DNA from: an uncultured Nitrospiraceae bacterium
GTDB lineage: Bacteria; Nitrospirota; Nitrospiria; Nitrospirales; Nitrospiraceae
NCBI GenBank assembly: GCA_963730935.1
Contig: CAVSTP010000003.1
Coordinates: 64,001 to 128,000, forward strand
Direction of reading: 5' to 3'
Length of the DNA stretch: 64,000 nt
Part shown: one piece after another, positions 47,331-58,345 of the stretch
Position numbering within the stretch: the first letter of the stretch is position 1
Layout: every line of letters starts with the position of its first letter
Program-made: the position numbers and the translations under genes
Notes under the pieces: model-generated
Database searches by the model: none
Seen by the model: only the letters and a program-made list of their open reading frames with translations
Told to the model about the DNA's origin: nothing

Positions 47331-47530
47331 ATTGGGGTCGTCCCAGCGATTCCTAATACAGGTTCTCCACGGGACTCTCAATCAGCCGACCGATCCGCCA
47401 CAGTGGAACAGATGACAACCTCTAAGCCGCGGGCCTACTGATTCTAGTGCGTTTCCCAGTATGTCAGCAGGTGAGACCGTGACAATCTCAAGCGCTCTGA
47501 TCTCTTCACTCTGAAAGGAGTCAAAACTCA

Positions 47531-48415
47531 ATGCTGGCGATTAAAATGTCCTTCGTACACTGCACGGGCCTTTTGTGCGTCTTCGTACTGATTGGAGGGC
47601 TCTCTTCCTGCGGGAAGAAGGCCGCACCCTCAGTGCCGCCACAACCGATCGATTTCTCTGCGGCGCTTCAATATGCCCAGCGGGCCGCTCTCGCCTATGA
47701 ACAAGATGCAACTATTCAGAGGCAGAGTGGCACTGATGTCAAAATCAGCATTAGTGGTCCCGTGTCCGCTGGAATGAAGGCCTACGTGGAGTTGAATGAG
47801 GCGAAGCGTGTGCAATGGATCGTCGTGCGCGGTACCTCAAGCCTCGTCAACATTAGATCGGACGTTGATTATAATAAAGTCATTGACTCTCGACTTGGCA
47901 TCCCGCTTCACAAAGGGTTTGCAGATGCAGCGGTTCAGGTGTATCAATTCGCCAAGCCGCTTCTCAAAACGGATTATGAGACTCGAGTCACGGGGCATAG
48001 CTATGGGGGAGCCGCTGCCGCGATCGTCTTAATGCTGCTCAAGGAGGATGGGTTCAAGCTTGGACAGGCGATGACGTTCGGCCAACCCAAAGTCACCAAC
48101 CGTGATGGAGTTCGCAAATATCGCGCGTTGCCGTTGCTTAGATTTGTCAACGCCAAAGATCCGGTGCCCTCACTTCCACCGTTCGAGGTGTTTGCCGTCT
48201 TGGATGAAGGTCCTTATCTGCACTTCGGTCCCGAGGTCGTGGTCGAAGAGGGGGCCAAATACCGTTATTACCCTGAGCATCCGTCGGAAATTGCATCCGT
48301 GTTTTCGTTCTGGGATAATTTGAAGAACCTCAGTATTCAAGATGTGCCCGAACATTTAATGGCTACGTATCTCGCACGGGTCCAGCAAAACGTTCCATCT
48401 GCCACCGGCAGATGA
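47531..48415 (+). CDS. class 3 lipase lipoprotein
   Basis: Lipobox LSSC; VRGT, HKGF, VTGHSYGGA nucleophile elbow, TFGQP, DPVP, H.M..Y. Confidence 0.9.
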   Translation: MLAIKMSFVHCTGLLCVFVLIGGLSSCGKKAAPSVPPQPIDFSAALQYAQRAALAYEQDATIQRQSGTDVKISISGPVSAGMKAYVELNEAKRVQWIVVRGTSSLVNIRSDVDYNKVIDSRLGIPLHKGFADAAVQVYQFAKPLLKTDYETRVTGHSYGGAAAAIVLMLLKEDGFKLGQAMTFGQPKVTNRDGVRKYRALPLLRFVNAKDPVPSLPPFEVFAVLDEGPYLHFGPEVVVEEGAKYRYYPEHPSEIASVFSFWDNLKNLSIQDVPEHLMATYLARVQQNVPSATGR

Positions 48416-49017
48416 GGTGTGCAACGCCTTGAAGCGTGACCAGGCTTCGTCGACTTCCAGCGATCGAATCGTATAGAGGGCTTTGAGCCGGAGTCGGTCA
48501 GAAATACGAAAGTGGGGATAGGTCTAGCGGCAGTCTTCCAGCAAGGACGACAGAAGGCATCAGAATACGCCGAAGCTCACCCACGTAAAAATGAGGGAGT
48601 CACCATGCTTCGGCAGGACCAGTGGAGACATTGAGATATTTATGCGAAGGTAGGCAGAGGAGAACGCTGCGGGGAGGTCAAGCTGCTTTTCGATTACTGG
48701 CTACAACAATATATCCCTCGTCTCTCATTGAAGTGCCACTACATGAATCTAGGCTCGCCCCATATCCATCGCTCATCCGCCAAAGGGCGTCGATTTCAAC
48801 GATAATTGAATAAGCCGGATCCACTTCATTCTTGTAGGTCGAATAGTTGGCTTGACACCAGTTGTTGGACACTACAGTATTCATAATTACTCTCCCCTTC
48901 ATCTCTGCTACATCGAGAAATGATTGATTATTATTAATTTGGCCGGCAAAGAAAACTGGTGGTTCCCCTAGGCACCATTCAGGTCGTTTTTGTGAACAAT
49001 GACTCAGGGAGACACTC

Positions 49018-49668
49018 ATGCAAGCAAGCCGCCCTTTTCAATTCATGGCATGCGCCGAGCTGCGACAAACCCTAGGGGAAGAAGCAGACGACGAGAAACG
49101 GTTGGTCGAATTGCTCGAAACCGTACCACTGGATTCGATCTACTTCCATACCCATAGCTACTTTCTGAGGCACAGTTACGTAGAGCGGATGTACCCGAAT
49201 GATTTCGCACAGTGGGTGGCGATGGAAGTCCGCGACCACGTGTTGGGGGAGCGGCTGTCGGTCATCGATCCATTCGAGTTCACAGAACTCGACGCACTGC
49301 GAGGGGAGCTGATTTCGGTGATCGACGACCATCTGTCGAAGACGCCCATCGTCCCCCGGGTCATCTTCGGCGAGCCGTTCTATTTCAATAAATCGCTCAT
49401 TCTCCAAGTGCCAACCCGCGTGGAAGTCCGGACGCTCCAGGAGTTTCGAAACGCGCTGAGCGAGGTCGAGGTGAGTGCGATCTATTTCCACGTCTTCGAA
49501 GCGAGGCATCGTCTTCGCCATGAAGACAGCGATTTCTCCGCCTGGATTCAGCATAGTCTTGGTATGCCCGAGCTTGCTGACAAACTGCGCACCATCAACC
49601 CTTATCTGGGCAGTCTCGAACGGGTGCGCTCAGCGCTGCTCACGGTGTGCGACGAGTTTTTGACCTGA
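49018..49668 (+). CDS. DUF5752-family protein (two internal repeats)
   Basis: SIYFH...NDFAQWV and AIYFH...SDFSAWI repeats; family commonly found beside treT-like genes. Confidence 0.75.
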   Translation: MQASRPFQFMACAELRQTLGEEADDEKRLVELLETVPLDSIYFHTHSYFLRHSYVERMYPNDFAQWVAMEVRDHVLGERLSVIDPFEFTELDALRGELISVIDDHLSKTPIVPRVIFGEPFYFNKSLILQVPTRVEVRTLQEFRNALSEVEVSAIYFHVFEARHRLRHEDSDFSAWIQHSLGMPELADKLRTINPYLGSLERVRSALLTVCDEFLT

Positions 49669-49704
49669 GACCGCATCCACTAGGCAGATGAAGGAATTGG
49701 CGAG

Positions 49705-51378
49705 ATGACAGATTCATTGTGGTTCAAGGACGCCGTCTTTTACGAGCTTCACGTCAAAGCCTTTCATGACGGGAATGGAGATGGGATCGGAGATTTTCGG
49801 GGGCTCATTGAGAAACTCGATTATCTCGAATGGCTCGGCGTGACCTGCCTCTGGTTGCTTCCCTTCTTCCCGTCTCCGCTGCGCGATGACGGGTACGATG
49901 TGGCCAATTACGTCTCGATTGCTCAGGATTATGGATCGTTGGAAGATTTTCGAGAATTCCTCGACGAAGCGCACAGACGGAGAATGCGCGTCATCGTGGA
50001 CCTCGTGCTCAATCACACTTCGGACCAGCATCCATGGTTTCAAGAGGCGAGAAGTTCACCTCAGTCGGCCAAACGCGACCACTACGTCTGGAGCGACACG
50101 GACAAGCGTTATCAGAAAGCACGAATTATCTTTATCGATACCGAGAAGTCGAACTGGACCTGGGATCCCGTAGCGCAAGCCTATTACTGGCATCGATTTT
50201 TTAGTCACCAACCGGATCTGAACTACGATAACCCAGTGCTCCAGCAAGCCATGATGGATGTCATGTCCTTCTGGCTCGATCAGGGTCTCGACGGATTTCG
50301 CTGTGACGCGGTCCCTTATTTGTTTGAGCGGGAAGGCACGATCTGCGAGAACCTTCCCGAAACTCACGCCTATCTGAAGAAAATTCGAAAGCGGATCGAT
50401 GAGGCGTATCAAGGACGGATCCTTCTCGCGGAGGCCAACCAATGGCCTGCCGATGTCCGTCCCTATTTTGGAGAGGGAGATGAGTTTCACATGGCGTTTC
50501 ATTTTCCTCTCATGCCAAGACTCTTCTTGGGAGTGCGGAGTGAGGATTGGCATCCCATTGTCGACATGTTCACGCACACACCACCGATCCCTGACAATTG
50601 CCAATGGTGCTTGTTTTTGCGGAACCATGACGAGCTGACATTGGAAATGTGTGCCGGAGAGGAACGCGATTACATGTACTACGCCTACGCGCGAGATCCA
50701 CTCATGCGGCGGAACATCGGCATCGCGCGGCGTTTGGCACCGTTGTTGGATAACGATCGCCGAAAGATCGAGTTGCTCAACAGCCTGGTGTGTACGCTTC
50801 CTGGAAGCCCGATCATTTACTACGGTGATGAAATTGGCATGGGAGACAATGTCCATCTGGGGGATCGCAATGGTGTCCGGACGCCCATGCAATGGTCTGC
50901 TGACCGAAACGGCGGATTTTCCAAAGCCGATCCCTCGAAACTGTACCTACCGGCCATTTCAGATTCCGTCTATGGCTTCAACGTGACGAACGTCGAATCG
51001 CAACGGCAGTCGCCCCATTCGCTGTTGCACTGGATGCGGCAAATGATTGCGAGGCGCAAACAGCAGCCGGCATTTGGACGAGGAGCGCTGACCTTTCTTC
51101 GCCCGAAAAACGACAGAGTCTTGGCGCATCTACGTGAACATGAGGGAAATCTCTTGTTGCTCGTGCATAACTTGGCGGGATCGGCGCAATCGGTGGACTT
51201 GGATCTGGGAACATTCGAGGGCCGAGTGCCCGTCGAACTCCTCGGTGGGTCGCGGTTTCCTATGATTAGTAAACGCCCCTATGTGTTGAGCTTGGCTCCC
51301 TATGGGTTTTACTGGTTCAACTTGGAACAGAAACCGAGTGACGATTCCTCTTACGGAATGGAAGGAAGTGTCCTGTAG
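49705..51378 (+). CDS. treS: trehalose synthase / maltose alpha-D-glucosyltransferase (GH13)
   Basis: [57 protein letters not shown]. Confidence 0.95.
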   Translation: MTDSLWFKDAVFYELHVKAFHDGNGDGIGDFRGLIEKLDYLEWLGVTCLWLLPFFPSPLRDDGYDVANYVSIAQDYGSLEDFREFLDEAHRRRMRVIVDLVLNHTSDQHPWFQEARSSPQSAKRDHYVWSDTDKRYQKARIIFIDTEKSNWTWDPVAQAYYWHRFFSHQPDLNYDNPVLQQAMMDVMSFWLDQGLDGFRCDAVPYLFEREGTICENLPETHAYLKKIRKRIDEAYQGRILLAEANQWPADVRPYFGEGDEFHMAFHFPLMPRLFLGVRSEDWHPIVDMFTHTPPIPDNCQWCLFLRNHDELTLEMCAGEERDYMYYAYARDPLMRRNIGIARRLAPLLDNDRRKIELLNSLVCTLPGSPIIYYGDEIGMGDNVHLGDRNGVRTPMQWSADRNGGFSKADPSKLYLPAISDSVYGFNVTNVESQRQSPHSLLHWMRQMIARRKQQPAFGRGALTFLRPKNDRVLAHLREHEGNLLLLVHNLAGSAQSVDLDLGTFEGRVPVELLGGSRFPMISKRPYVLSLAPYGFYWFNLEQKPSDDSSYGMEGSVL

Positions 51379-51407
51379 CGTGCACCACCTATTCTAATGG
51401 AAACACG

Positions 51408-52607
51408 ATGGCTCAAGAATTGGATGAATATCGAGACTATGCGTCGAAAGGCACGGTGGAGTTTTTGTATCGCTTGAGCGATCAGGTCGCAGGGCAAAGT
51501 TTCCTGCATGTCAGCGCAGGGCGTTATGGCGGCGGCATGGCGGAAATCCTCCGACGGCTGGTGCCGATGCTCAATACCCTGGGAATCAATGCGCGCTGGG
51601 AGGTACTTGCAGGGGATCAAGAATTCTTTCAGGCATCCAGACGATTGACGAATTCCCTTCAAGGCCAGGACGATCATCTTACAGAGCAGATGCAGCAGGT
51701 CTATCTCAAGATCAACCAGCGCACCGCACAGAGCCTGAATCTCGAGGCAGATCTGGTGATGATTCATGACCCGCCTCCCGCCGCGTTGATTGAACATCGA
51801 AAGGGCGGGAAGTGGTTGTGGCGCTGTTACCTCGATATCGCCAAACCCAGGCAGCACAGTTGGAGCTTTCTTCGGCGGTTCCTCGTCGAATATGACGCTG
51901 CCATTTTTTCACTGCCGGGTTTTGCGCATCGCCTGCCCATCCCACAGTTCTTGATTTCACCGTCAATTGATCCGTTGAGTGAAAAGAACCGGCCCATGGC
52001 CCGCCTCGAGATGAATCAGATCCTTCAGCGCCTTGGTATCCCGCAGGACAAACCGATTTTGCTACAGTTGGCGCGGTTTGAGTGGTTCAAGGATCCGATC
52101 GGTGCGATCAAGGCCTACCGATTGGTCAAGAAACACCAAGATTGCCGTCTGGTTCTTGCCGGGTCGGGGGTCATGCATGATCCTGAAGGCGAAGCGGTCC
52201 TCGCTGAAGTCCAGGAAGCCGTTGCCGGCGATCCCGACATTCATGTGCTGCAATTGCCTCCCGAAGCGGACCTTGAAATCAACGCACTGCAACGCGCTGC
52301 CACGATCATTATTCAGAAATCGATCAAAGAAGGCTTCAATCTCGCCGCCACGGAAGCCATGTGGAAAGGCAAACCTGTCATCGGGAGCACCGCCGGGGGA
52401 CTTGCGGCACAAATCCTCGATGGAGTGACGGGCTATATCGTCCATTCCGCCGAGGGAGTCGCGTTTAGGGCTAGGCATCTGTTAAATAATCCTTCCTCGA
52501 TTCAGCGCATGGGTGGAGCGGCTCGAGAGCATGTGAGGAGGAATTTTCTCATCACACGTCACCTGAGCGACTATCTGACTCTCATGAAACTGTTCGTCAA
52601 TCGGTGA
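51408..52607 (+). CDS. TreT-like GT4 glycosyltransferase with divergent motifs
   Basis: GGGMAEIL, IHDPPP, WRCYLD, PSIDPLSEKN, EINALQR, QKSIKEGFNL, EAMWKGKPVIG, HVRRNFLITRHL. Confidence 0.85.
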   Translation: MAQELDEYRDYASKGTVEFLYRLSDQVAGQSFLHVSAGRYGGGMAEILRRLVPMLNTLGINARWEVLAGDQEFFQASRRLTNSLQGQDDHLTEQMQQVYLKINQRTAQSLNLEADLVMIHDPPPAALIEHRKGGKWLWRCYLDIAKPRQHSWSFLRRFLVEYDAAIFSLPGFAHRLPIPQFLISPSIDPLSEKNRPMARLEMNQILQRLGIPQDKPILLQLARFEWFKDPIGAIKAYRLVKKHQDCRLVLAGSGVMHDPEGEAVLAEVQEAVAGDPDIHVLQLPPEADLEINALQRAATIIIQKSIKEGFNLAATEAMWKGKPVIGSTAGGLAAQILDGVTGYIVHSAEGVAFRARHLLNNPSSIQRMGGAAREHVRRNFLITRHLSDYLTLMKLFVNR

Positions 52608-52646
52608 CGACAACCGGCATATATCGGATGCGCCAAGGGATCTGTG

Positions 52647-53927
52647 ATGGAGGACGCCGTATGGAAGGCAGTACAGGAACAATGCCCCGATGCGCATCAG
52701 GTCGACCTTCTGATTGCGCTCCCTTCCTTCAATCATGCGTCAACTATCGGTTCGGTACTCAAGGCGATTCTCGCAGGGCTCAAGGCATCCTTTACAGATG
52801 CGTCGATCCTCATCGTCAATGCCGATGTCGGGTCACAGGATGGAACGCCAGAGATCGTCAAGCAGACAGTTGGAGACCTGTTCCCCGTCGCTTTGATTCA
52901 GCCTCTGGGAGAAGGAAGTTCCGCCAGCCCGTTTGCCCTCAATCGGTTGTCGTATTCAGGCATGCCGGGCCGAGAGGAAGCCTTCAGATCCTTTTTTGTG
53001 CTGACCCAGCGGTTGCAAGCCAAGGCCTGTGTCGTCATTGATGCAAACGTGCGATCGGTCACAGCGGAGTGGATGACTTTGCTCGTCAAGCCGGTGTGGG
53101 AGAACGGTGCGGACTATGTGGCGCCCGTGTTCCGCCGCCCACGATATGAGGGCAGTTTGACCAATAATCTCATCGCACCCTTGACACGATCACTCTATGG
53201 GAAGCGCGTGGCCTGCCAGGTAGGAGGGGGTTATGGGTTTTCTCAAAGAATGGCCAGTGCCTTGTTCCAAAAGAAGTTTTTGTGGGAGGGAGAGGCCTCC
53301 CGCTTCGCCATTGATAGTTGGTTGACGACAGTTGCCGTCGCGGAGGGATTTGAGGTGTGGCAGGCGAGGCTCGGAGCGAAAGTTCAGGACCACAAGGCAG
53401 GCGCAGCTGATGTCGCAGTGAGCCTGGTGCAGGCAGTCGGTGCTTCATACCATTATATGGAGCATTATCAGGACGTGTGGGAAAAACCAATGGGCTCGAG
53501 TGCTGTGCCGGAGATCGGCAAGCCTACGGAACCCGAAGTTGAATCCGTGCCCATCCATGTGGAAAGGATGATGAAGGGGTTTCGACAAGGCTTGAGAGAT
53601 TTGCTGCCGATTTGGGAGGTCATTCTGACGCCGGAGACTTTGGCCGGTATCCTCGCGCTGGGTTTGAAAGATGATGAAGACTTCCGCTTTCCACTCGCAT
53701 TGTGGGTTCAGACCGTCTACGACTTTGCCGTCGCCTATCACGAGAAGGTGATCCATCGCGAGCACCTGCTCAGGTCGCTGATGCCTCTGTATCTCGGACG
53801 GACTACGTCGGTTGTCCTGGAGACTAGAGGCGGCGGTCCGGAGGTGGTCCAGCATACGGTCGAGCAAGGGTGTCAGACCTTTGAGGCAATGAAGCCGTAC
53901 TTGGTCGACCGATGGAGGTTCCAATGA
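52647..53927 (+). CDS. GT2-type glycosyltransferase related to glucosyl/mannosyl-(phospho)glycerate synthases
   Basis: PSFNHASTI, D.GSQDGT, VIDAN, DYVAP.F.R..YEGSLTN...PLTRSLYG, FAIDSWLTT. Confidence 0.7.
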   Translation: MEDAVWKAVQEQCPDAHQVDLLIALPSFNHASTIGSVLKAILAGLKASFTDASILIVNADVGSQDGTPEIVKQTVGDLFPVALIQPLGEGSSASPFALNRLSYSGMPGREEAFRSFFVLTQRLQAKACVVIDANVRSVTAEWMTLLVKPVWENGADYVAPVFRRPRYEGSLTNNLIAPLTRSLYGKRVACQVGGGYGFSQRMASALFQKKFLWEGEASRFAIDSWLTTVAVAEGFEVWQARLGAKVQDHKAGAADVAVSLVQAVGASYHYMEHYQDVWEKPMGSSAVPEIGKPTEPEVESVPIHVERMMKGFRQGLRDLLPIWEVILTPETLAGILALGLKDDEDFRFPLALWVQTVYDFAVAYHEKVIHREHLLRSLMPLYLGRTTSVVLETRGGGPEVVQHTVEQGCQTFEAMKPYLVDRWRFQ

Positions 53928-54622
53928 GTGAAATGTGGCAGGAAGCCATGATTGCAGCCTTTCGCGAGATGATGAACCGAGCAGTGCTGTTTTTGCCCAA
54001 ACTGATGGCCATGGTGACCTTCCTTCTGGTTGGCCTTGCGGTGGGATGGCTCGTGAAACTGTTGCTCATGCACATTCTTAAGGCTGTGCGCTTCGAAGTC
54101 TTCTGCGAGCGCATTGGGCTCACTGCCGCCTTAGCAAAAGGCGGGGTGAAGCAGCGAATTTCCGATCTGATCGGTCGCTTCTCGTTTTGGGTGGTGTTCT
54201 TGTTTTTCGCATTCATGGGTGTCGACGCACTGGATCTTCCGGCCACTGCCAACCTCATGAGTGCCATCCTGGGCTTCTTGCCCCATGTGATCGCGGCCAT
54301 CCTCGTCGGCCTGCTGGGCATTCTCTTCGCCAACTTTAGCGGGGAAGCCGTATTGATCGCGGCAGTGAATGCCCAGATTCAGGGGGCTCGGTTTATGGCC
54401 AACATGGTTCGATGGGGAGTGATCATTTTCACCGGAGCCATGGTGTTCACGCAGCTGGGAATCGCGAAGGAAATTGTCGTCGCAGCCTTCTCCATAATTT
54501 TCGGCGGCATCGTGTTGGCCATGGCCATTGCGGTCGGCTTAGGAGGGCGCACGATCGCCAAAGAGGTGCTCGAGCGCCGGCTGCGTCGAGAGAAGGCCGG
54601 AGATGAGTTCACGCATATTTAG
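53924..54622 (+). CDS. conserved TM-helix repeat membrane protein (MscS-associated TM_helix type)
   Basis: Two FLP.l.aA repeats and C-terminal AIAVGLGGR; ATGA overlap with the upstream gene. Confidence 0.8.
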   Translation: MSEMWQEAMIAAFREMMNRAVLFLPKLMAMVTFLLVGLAVGWLVKLLLMHILKAVRFEVFCERIGLTAALAKGGVKQRISDLIGRFSFWVVFLFFAFMGVDALDLPATANLMSAILGFLPHVIAAILVGLLGILFANFSGEAVLIAAVNAQIQGARFMANMVRWGVIIFTGAMVFTQLGIAKEIVVAAFSIIFGGIVLAMAIAVGLGGRTIAKEVLERRLRREKAGDEFTHI

Positions 54623-54642
54623 ATCGAGAAGGTGCTGACAAC

Positions 54643-56637
54643 ATGAAAGATGAGTTTGGAAGGCAGCGAGTCGCCATAGAAGGCGTCCGTCCAGAAATTG
54701 ATGGGGGGAGATTCCCCATTAAACGAACAGTCGGAGAAGAAGTTGTTGTGGAAGCCGATGCCTTTACCGATGGCCATGATGTCATTGCGGTGCTGCTTCA
54801 GTATCGCCATGAGGCCACGGCCAAATGGACAGAGATCCCGATGACGTTTCTCAACAACGACCGTTGGCGCGGCTCGTTTCCCGTCACCAGCTTGGGAGGC
54901 TGGCGCTACACCATCACCGGGTGGGTAGATCACTTTGCCACCTGGCGACGAGGCCTTCTCAAGAAACTAGAGGCCAAGCAGGAGGTTCAGGTTGATCTTC
55001 TGATCGGCACCAAGTTCATCGAGGATGCGAGTCGGCGGTCGACGACGGAGGAACGCCACACGCTCGTCACGTGGGGGAAGACTCTCGCCTCAGGGGACAC
55101 ACCGGAGGCAGAGCGCATTCGCTTGGCCTTGAGCGCGGAACTTGAAACGATGATGGCGAGATATCCGGATCGACGTGTCGCGTCGACCTATGGTCGCGAA
55201 CTCACCGTCATGGTGGATCGAGAAAAGGCTCGCTTCAGCACCTGGTATGAGATGTTCCCGCGCTCGTGGGGTCAAAAGCCGGGCAAGCACGGGACATTCA
55301 AAGACTGCGAAGCGCGTCTTCCGTACATCGCCTCAATGGGATTTGACGTGTTGTATCTCCCTCCCATCCATCCGATCGGACAGACGCATCGGAAGGGAAA
55401 GAACAATGCGCCTGCCGGCGGGCCGTCGGATCCAGGGAGTCCATGGGCGATCGGAGCTTTGGAAGGAGGCCATAAGGCGATTCATCCCGATCTGGGGACA
55501 CTGGACGACTTCCGAAGATTGATGGAGCGGGCGGGCACCTATGGCATCGAGATTGCCCTGGACATCGCGTTTCAATGCTCTCCTGATCATCCCTATGTGA
55601 AGGAGCATCGAGAGTGGTTTCGCATCAGGCCGGATGGGACCGTGCAGTATGCGGAAAACCCCCCAAAAAAATATCAGGATATTTTTCCGCTTGAGTTCGA
55701 GACCGACCAATGGCGCGAATTGTGGGAGGAGTTGAAGAGCGTCATTGTCTACTGGATCGAGCAAGGCGTACGGATCTTTCGGGTCGACAATCCGCACACA
55801 AAACCCTTCCCCTTTTGGGAGTGGCTCATCAGAGAAATTTGGACAGCGCACCCAGACGTCATTTTTCTGGCTGAAGCCTTTGCTCGACCAAAAGTGATGC
55901 TGCGGTTGGCAAAATTAGGTTTTACCCAGTCGTACAATTATTTCCCCTGGCGGAATACCAAATCGGAAATCACCCAGTACTTCACCGAGTTGACCCAAAC
56001 AGAGGTACGAGAATTTTTCCGCCCAAACCTCTGGCCCAACACGCCGGACATCCTCACGGAGCAGCTCCAGCACGGAGGACGCCCAGCCTTCATGTCTCGA
56101 TTCGTGTTGGCGGCAACGCTGGGAGCCAGTTACGGCATCTATGGGCCGGCGTTTGAACTGGGAGAGCACGTTCCACGGGAACCCGGAAGCGAAGAGTATT
56201 TGCATTCAGAAAAATATGAAATCAAGCACTGGCATCTTGATCGGGAGGACAGCCTCAGCGAATTTATCGGCCACGTGAATCGCATCCGGCGTGAGAATCC
56301 GGCGCTTCAGAGCGACTGGAGTCTGCACTTTCATGATGTCGCAAATGACCAGTTGCTCTGTTACAGCAAGCGGACCTCGGATGGGTCGAACATCGTTCTC
56401 GTCGTGGTCAATCTTAGCCCGCATCATGTGCATTCAGGCTGGCTCGAGTTAGATCTGGAGAGTCTGGGAGTTGAGGAGAAGCACCCATTCCAAGTTCAGG
56501 ATCTGCTGACCAATGCCCACTATCTCTGGCACGGAAAGCGGAACTACATTGAAATCAATCCTCATTCGGCTCCTGCCCACATTTTCAGTATCCACCGACG
56601 GGTCCATACGGAGCGGGACTTCGACTACTATTTCTAA
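54643..56637 (+). CDS. glgE: alpha-1,4-glucan:maltose-1-phosphate maltosyltransferase
   Basis: WYEMFPRS, YLPPIHPIG, RKGKNN, QCSPDHP, YAENPPKKYQDI, FRVDNPHTKP, FLAEAF, NTPDIL, SEKYE. Confidence 0.96.
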   Translation: MKDEFGRQRVAIEGVRPEIDGGRFPIKRTVGEEVVVEADAFTDGHDVIAVLLQYRHEATAKWTEIPMTFLNNDRWRGSFPVTSLGGWRYTITGWVDHFATWRRGLLKKLEAKQEVQVDLLIGTKFIEDASRRSTTEERHTLVTWGKTLASGDTPEAERIRLALSAELETMMARYPDRRVASTYGRELTVMVDREKARFSTWYEMFPRSWGQKPGKHGTFKDCEARLPYIASMGFDVLYLPPIHPIGQTHRKGKNNAPAGGPSDPGSPWAIGALEGGHKAIHPDLGTLDDFRRLMERAGTYGIEIALDIAFQCSPDHPYVKEHREWFRIRPDGTVQYAENPPKKYQDIFPLEFETDQWRELWEELKSVIVYWIEQGVRIFRVDNPHTKPFPFWEWLIREIWTAHPDVIFLAEAFARPKVMLRLAKLGFTQSYNYFPWRNTKSEITQYFTELTQTEVREFFRPNLWPNTPDILTEQLQHGGRPAFMSRFVLAATLGASYGIYGPAFELGEHVPREPGSEEYLHSEKYEIKHWHLDREDSLSEFIGHVNRIRRENPALQSDWSLHFHDVANDQLLCYSKRTSDGSNIVLVVVNLSPHHVHSGWLELDLESLGVEEKHPFQVQDLLTNAHYLWHGKRNYIEINPHSAPAHIFSIHRRVHTERDFDYYF

Positions 56638-56663
56638 GTGGAGCGAGGCGTGTTGAGGGGAAC

Positions 56664-58292
56664 ATGAACATGTTGACGGCTACGCATGATTGGATGCGTC
56701 TCTTTGAAGGAGAGACCGCTGGGGACTTGATGAGAGCCCTGCCGGAGATTCTTCAGGCCAGGCGCTGGTTCGGAGGGAAAGCTCGGCGCATCCAGAAAGT
56801 CGACTTCCTGGATTGCATTGCCATCCCATCTGATTCGCTGTCGATGCTCCTGTTGATCCGGGTGGAGTACGAGCAGGCTGGGACTGAAACGTACACGCTG
56901 CCCGTAACGGCGGCCTTCGGGGACGAAGCTGAGCATATCCAGCGGGAAATTCCTACGGCTGTTATTGCTCCCTTTGTGCTGCAGAGAGAGGCCAAAACAG
57001 AGAACGGTCTGTTATACGATGCCCTCTGGAACCGGGATTTCACCCTTGCTCTTCTGACAGCGGTGCGTCATGACGCTTGGTTGAACGGACTCAACGGAGG
57101 CATGGCGGCTTCATCGACGAACGCCTTCACAGATCTGATGCCCGTGGGAGTGAAGCCTGAACCAGTTGTCATGAAATCAGAGCAGAGTAACACGTCTGTC
57201 GCCTATAACGGCTATGTCATCTTGAAACTGTATCGACGCCTGGAAGAGGGCATCAATCCGGATCTCGAGATGGGTCGGGCGTTGACCCGCCTGCGGTTCT
57301 CTCATGTCCCGTTGCTTGCCGGGGCGCTGGAGTATCAGGCGGCTTCCGGCCGCCTACTGACGCTTGGCGTGCTGCAACAGTTTGTGGCCAACGACGGCAA
57401 CGCGTGGCAATTCAGCCTTGAAGCTGTGAAGCAGTTCTTCGATCGAGTCGACTCAGAGCAGTTGAGAGATGAACCACCTCCCGAGCATACATCTCGTCCG
57501 CTCGAATCGGCACGCGAGCCGTATGCACCGCTCGCCCATCACCTCCTCGGCGGCGATGTGGAATGGGCAGAGCGGTTAGGGCAACGAACCGCCCAACTAC
57601 ACGACGCACTCAGCCAAGTGGCAGATGATCCGGCTTTTGCTCCCGAGCCCCTTACGGCTCAATACAGGCAAACTCAACACGCGACAGTCGAGCGTGGCAT
57701 GACAGAGGCCCTGCGGCTCCTCAAGGAGCGCAGACAGTTCCTCTCAACAGGCGGGCAAGAACAGGCTCGCCTGTTATTCGAACTCAGACCTGCCATTGAA
57801 CGGATCATCGCGGCCTTCGAGACCGTCGCGACCTCAGTGCCGCGCATTCGGTGTCACGGCGATTATCACCTTGGGCAAGTGTTGTGCACAGCAGCCGATT
57901 TCATGATCATTGATTTCGAGGGAGAGCCGGCTCGTGCATTGGCGGAGCGCCGGATGAAGCATCCGGTCGTGTTGGACGTCGCTGGCATGATTCGATCGTT
58001 TCACTATGTTCCATTCGCATTTCTGAAAGGGCAAGGGCTCGAGCCTTCTCGGTGGGCGTCCTATTGGTCTAATTGGATGAGTGCCGGCTTTGTAAAGGGC
58101 TATCTCAGGACGGCAACAGGATCCAGCTTTTGGCCTCCAAGTCGCGATGATGTGGACAGGTTGATGGACCTGTATCTCGTGGACAAGGCGTTCTATGAAT
58201 TGCGCTATGAACTGAACAATCGACCAGATTGGGTTGAAATTCCGTTGCATGGTCTCGTGGCGATTTTGGAACATGGACAGCATGAGGCGTGA
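56664..58292 (+). CDS. mak: maltokinase (Mak/Pep2 type)
   Basis: RRWFGGK, EQSNTS, LKLYRR, NPDLE, RCHGDYHLGQVL, IIDFEGEP, DVAGMIRSF, YELRYELNNRPDW. Confidence 0.92.
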   Translation: MNMLTATHDWMRLFEGETAGDLMRALPEILQARRWFGGKARRIQKVDFLDCIAIPSDSLSMLLLIRVEYEQAGTETYTLPVTAAFGDEAEHIQREIPTAVIAPFVLQREAKTENGLLYDALWNRDFTLALLTAVRHDAWLNGLNGGMAASSTNAFTDLMPVGVKPEPVVMKSEQSNTSVAYNGYVILKLYRRLEEGINPDLEMGRALTRLRFSHVPLLAGALEYQAASGRLLTLGVLQQFVANDGNAWQFSLEAVKQFFDRVDSEQLRDEPPPEHTSRPLESAREPYAPLAHHLLGGDVEWAERLGQRTAQLHDALSQVADDPAFAPEPLTAQYRQTQHATVERGMTEALRLLKERRQFLSTGGQEQARLLFELRPAIERIIAAFETVATSVPRIRCHGDYHLGQVLCTAADFMIIDFEGEPARALAERRMKHPVVLDVAGMIRSFHYVPFAFLKGQGLEPSRWASYWSNWMSAGFVKGYLRTATGSSFWPPSRDDVDRLMDLYLVDKAFYELRYELNNRPDWVEIPLHGLVAILEHGQHEA

Positions 58293-58345
58293 AGCCAGGG
58301 GAGCAGCTGCTCCGCGAACGATACCCAGTCTGTAAGGAGTGACCA

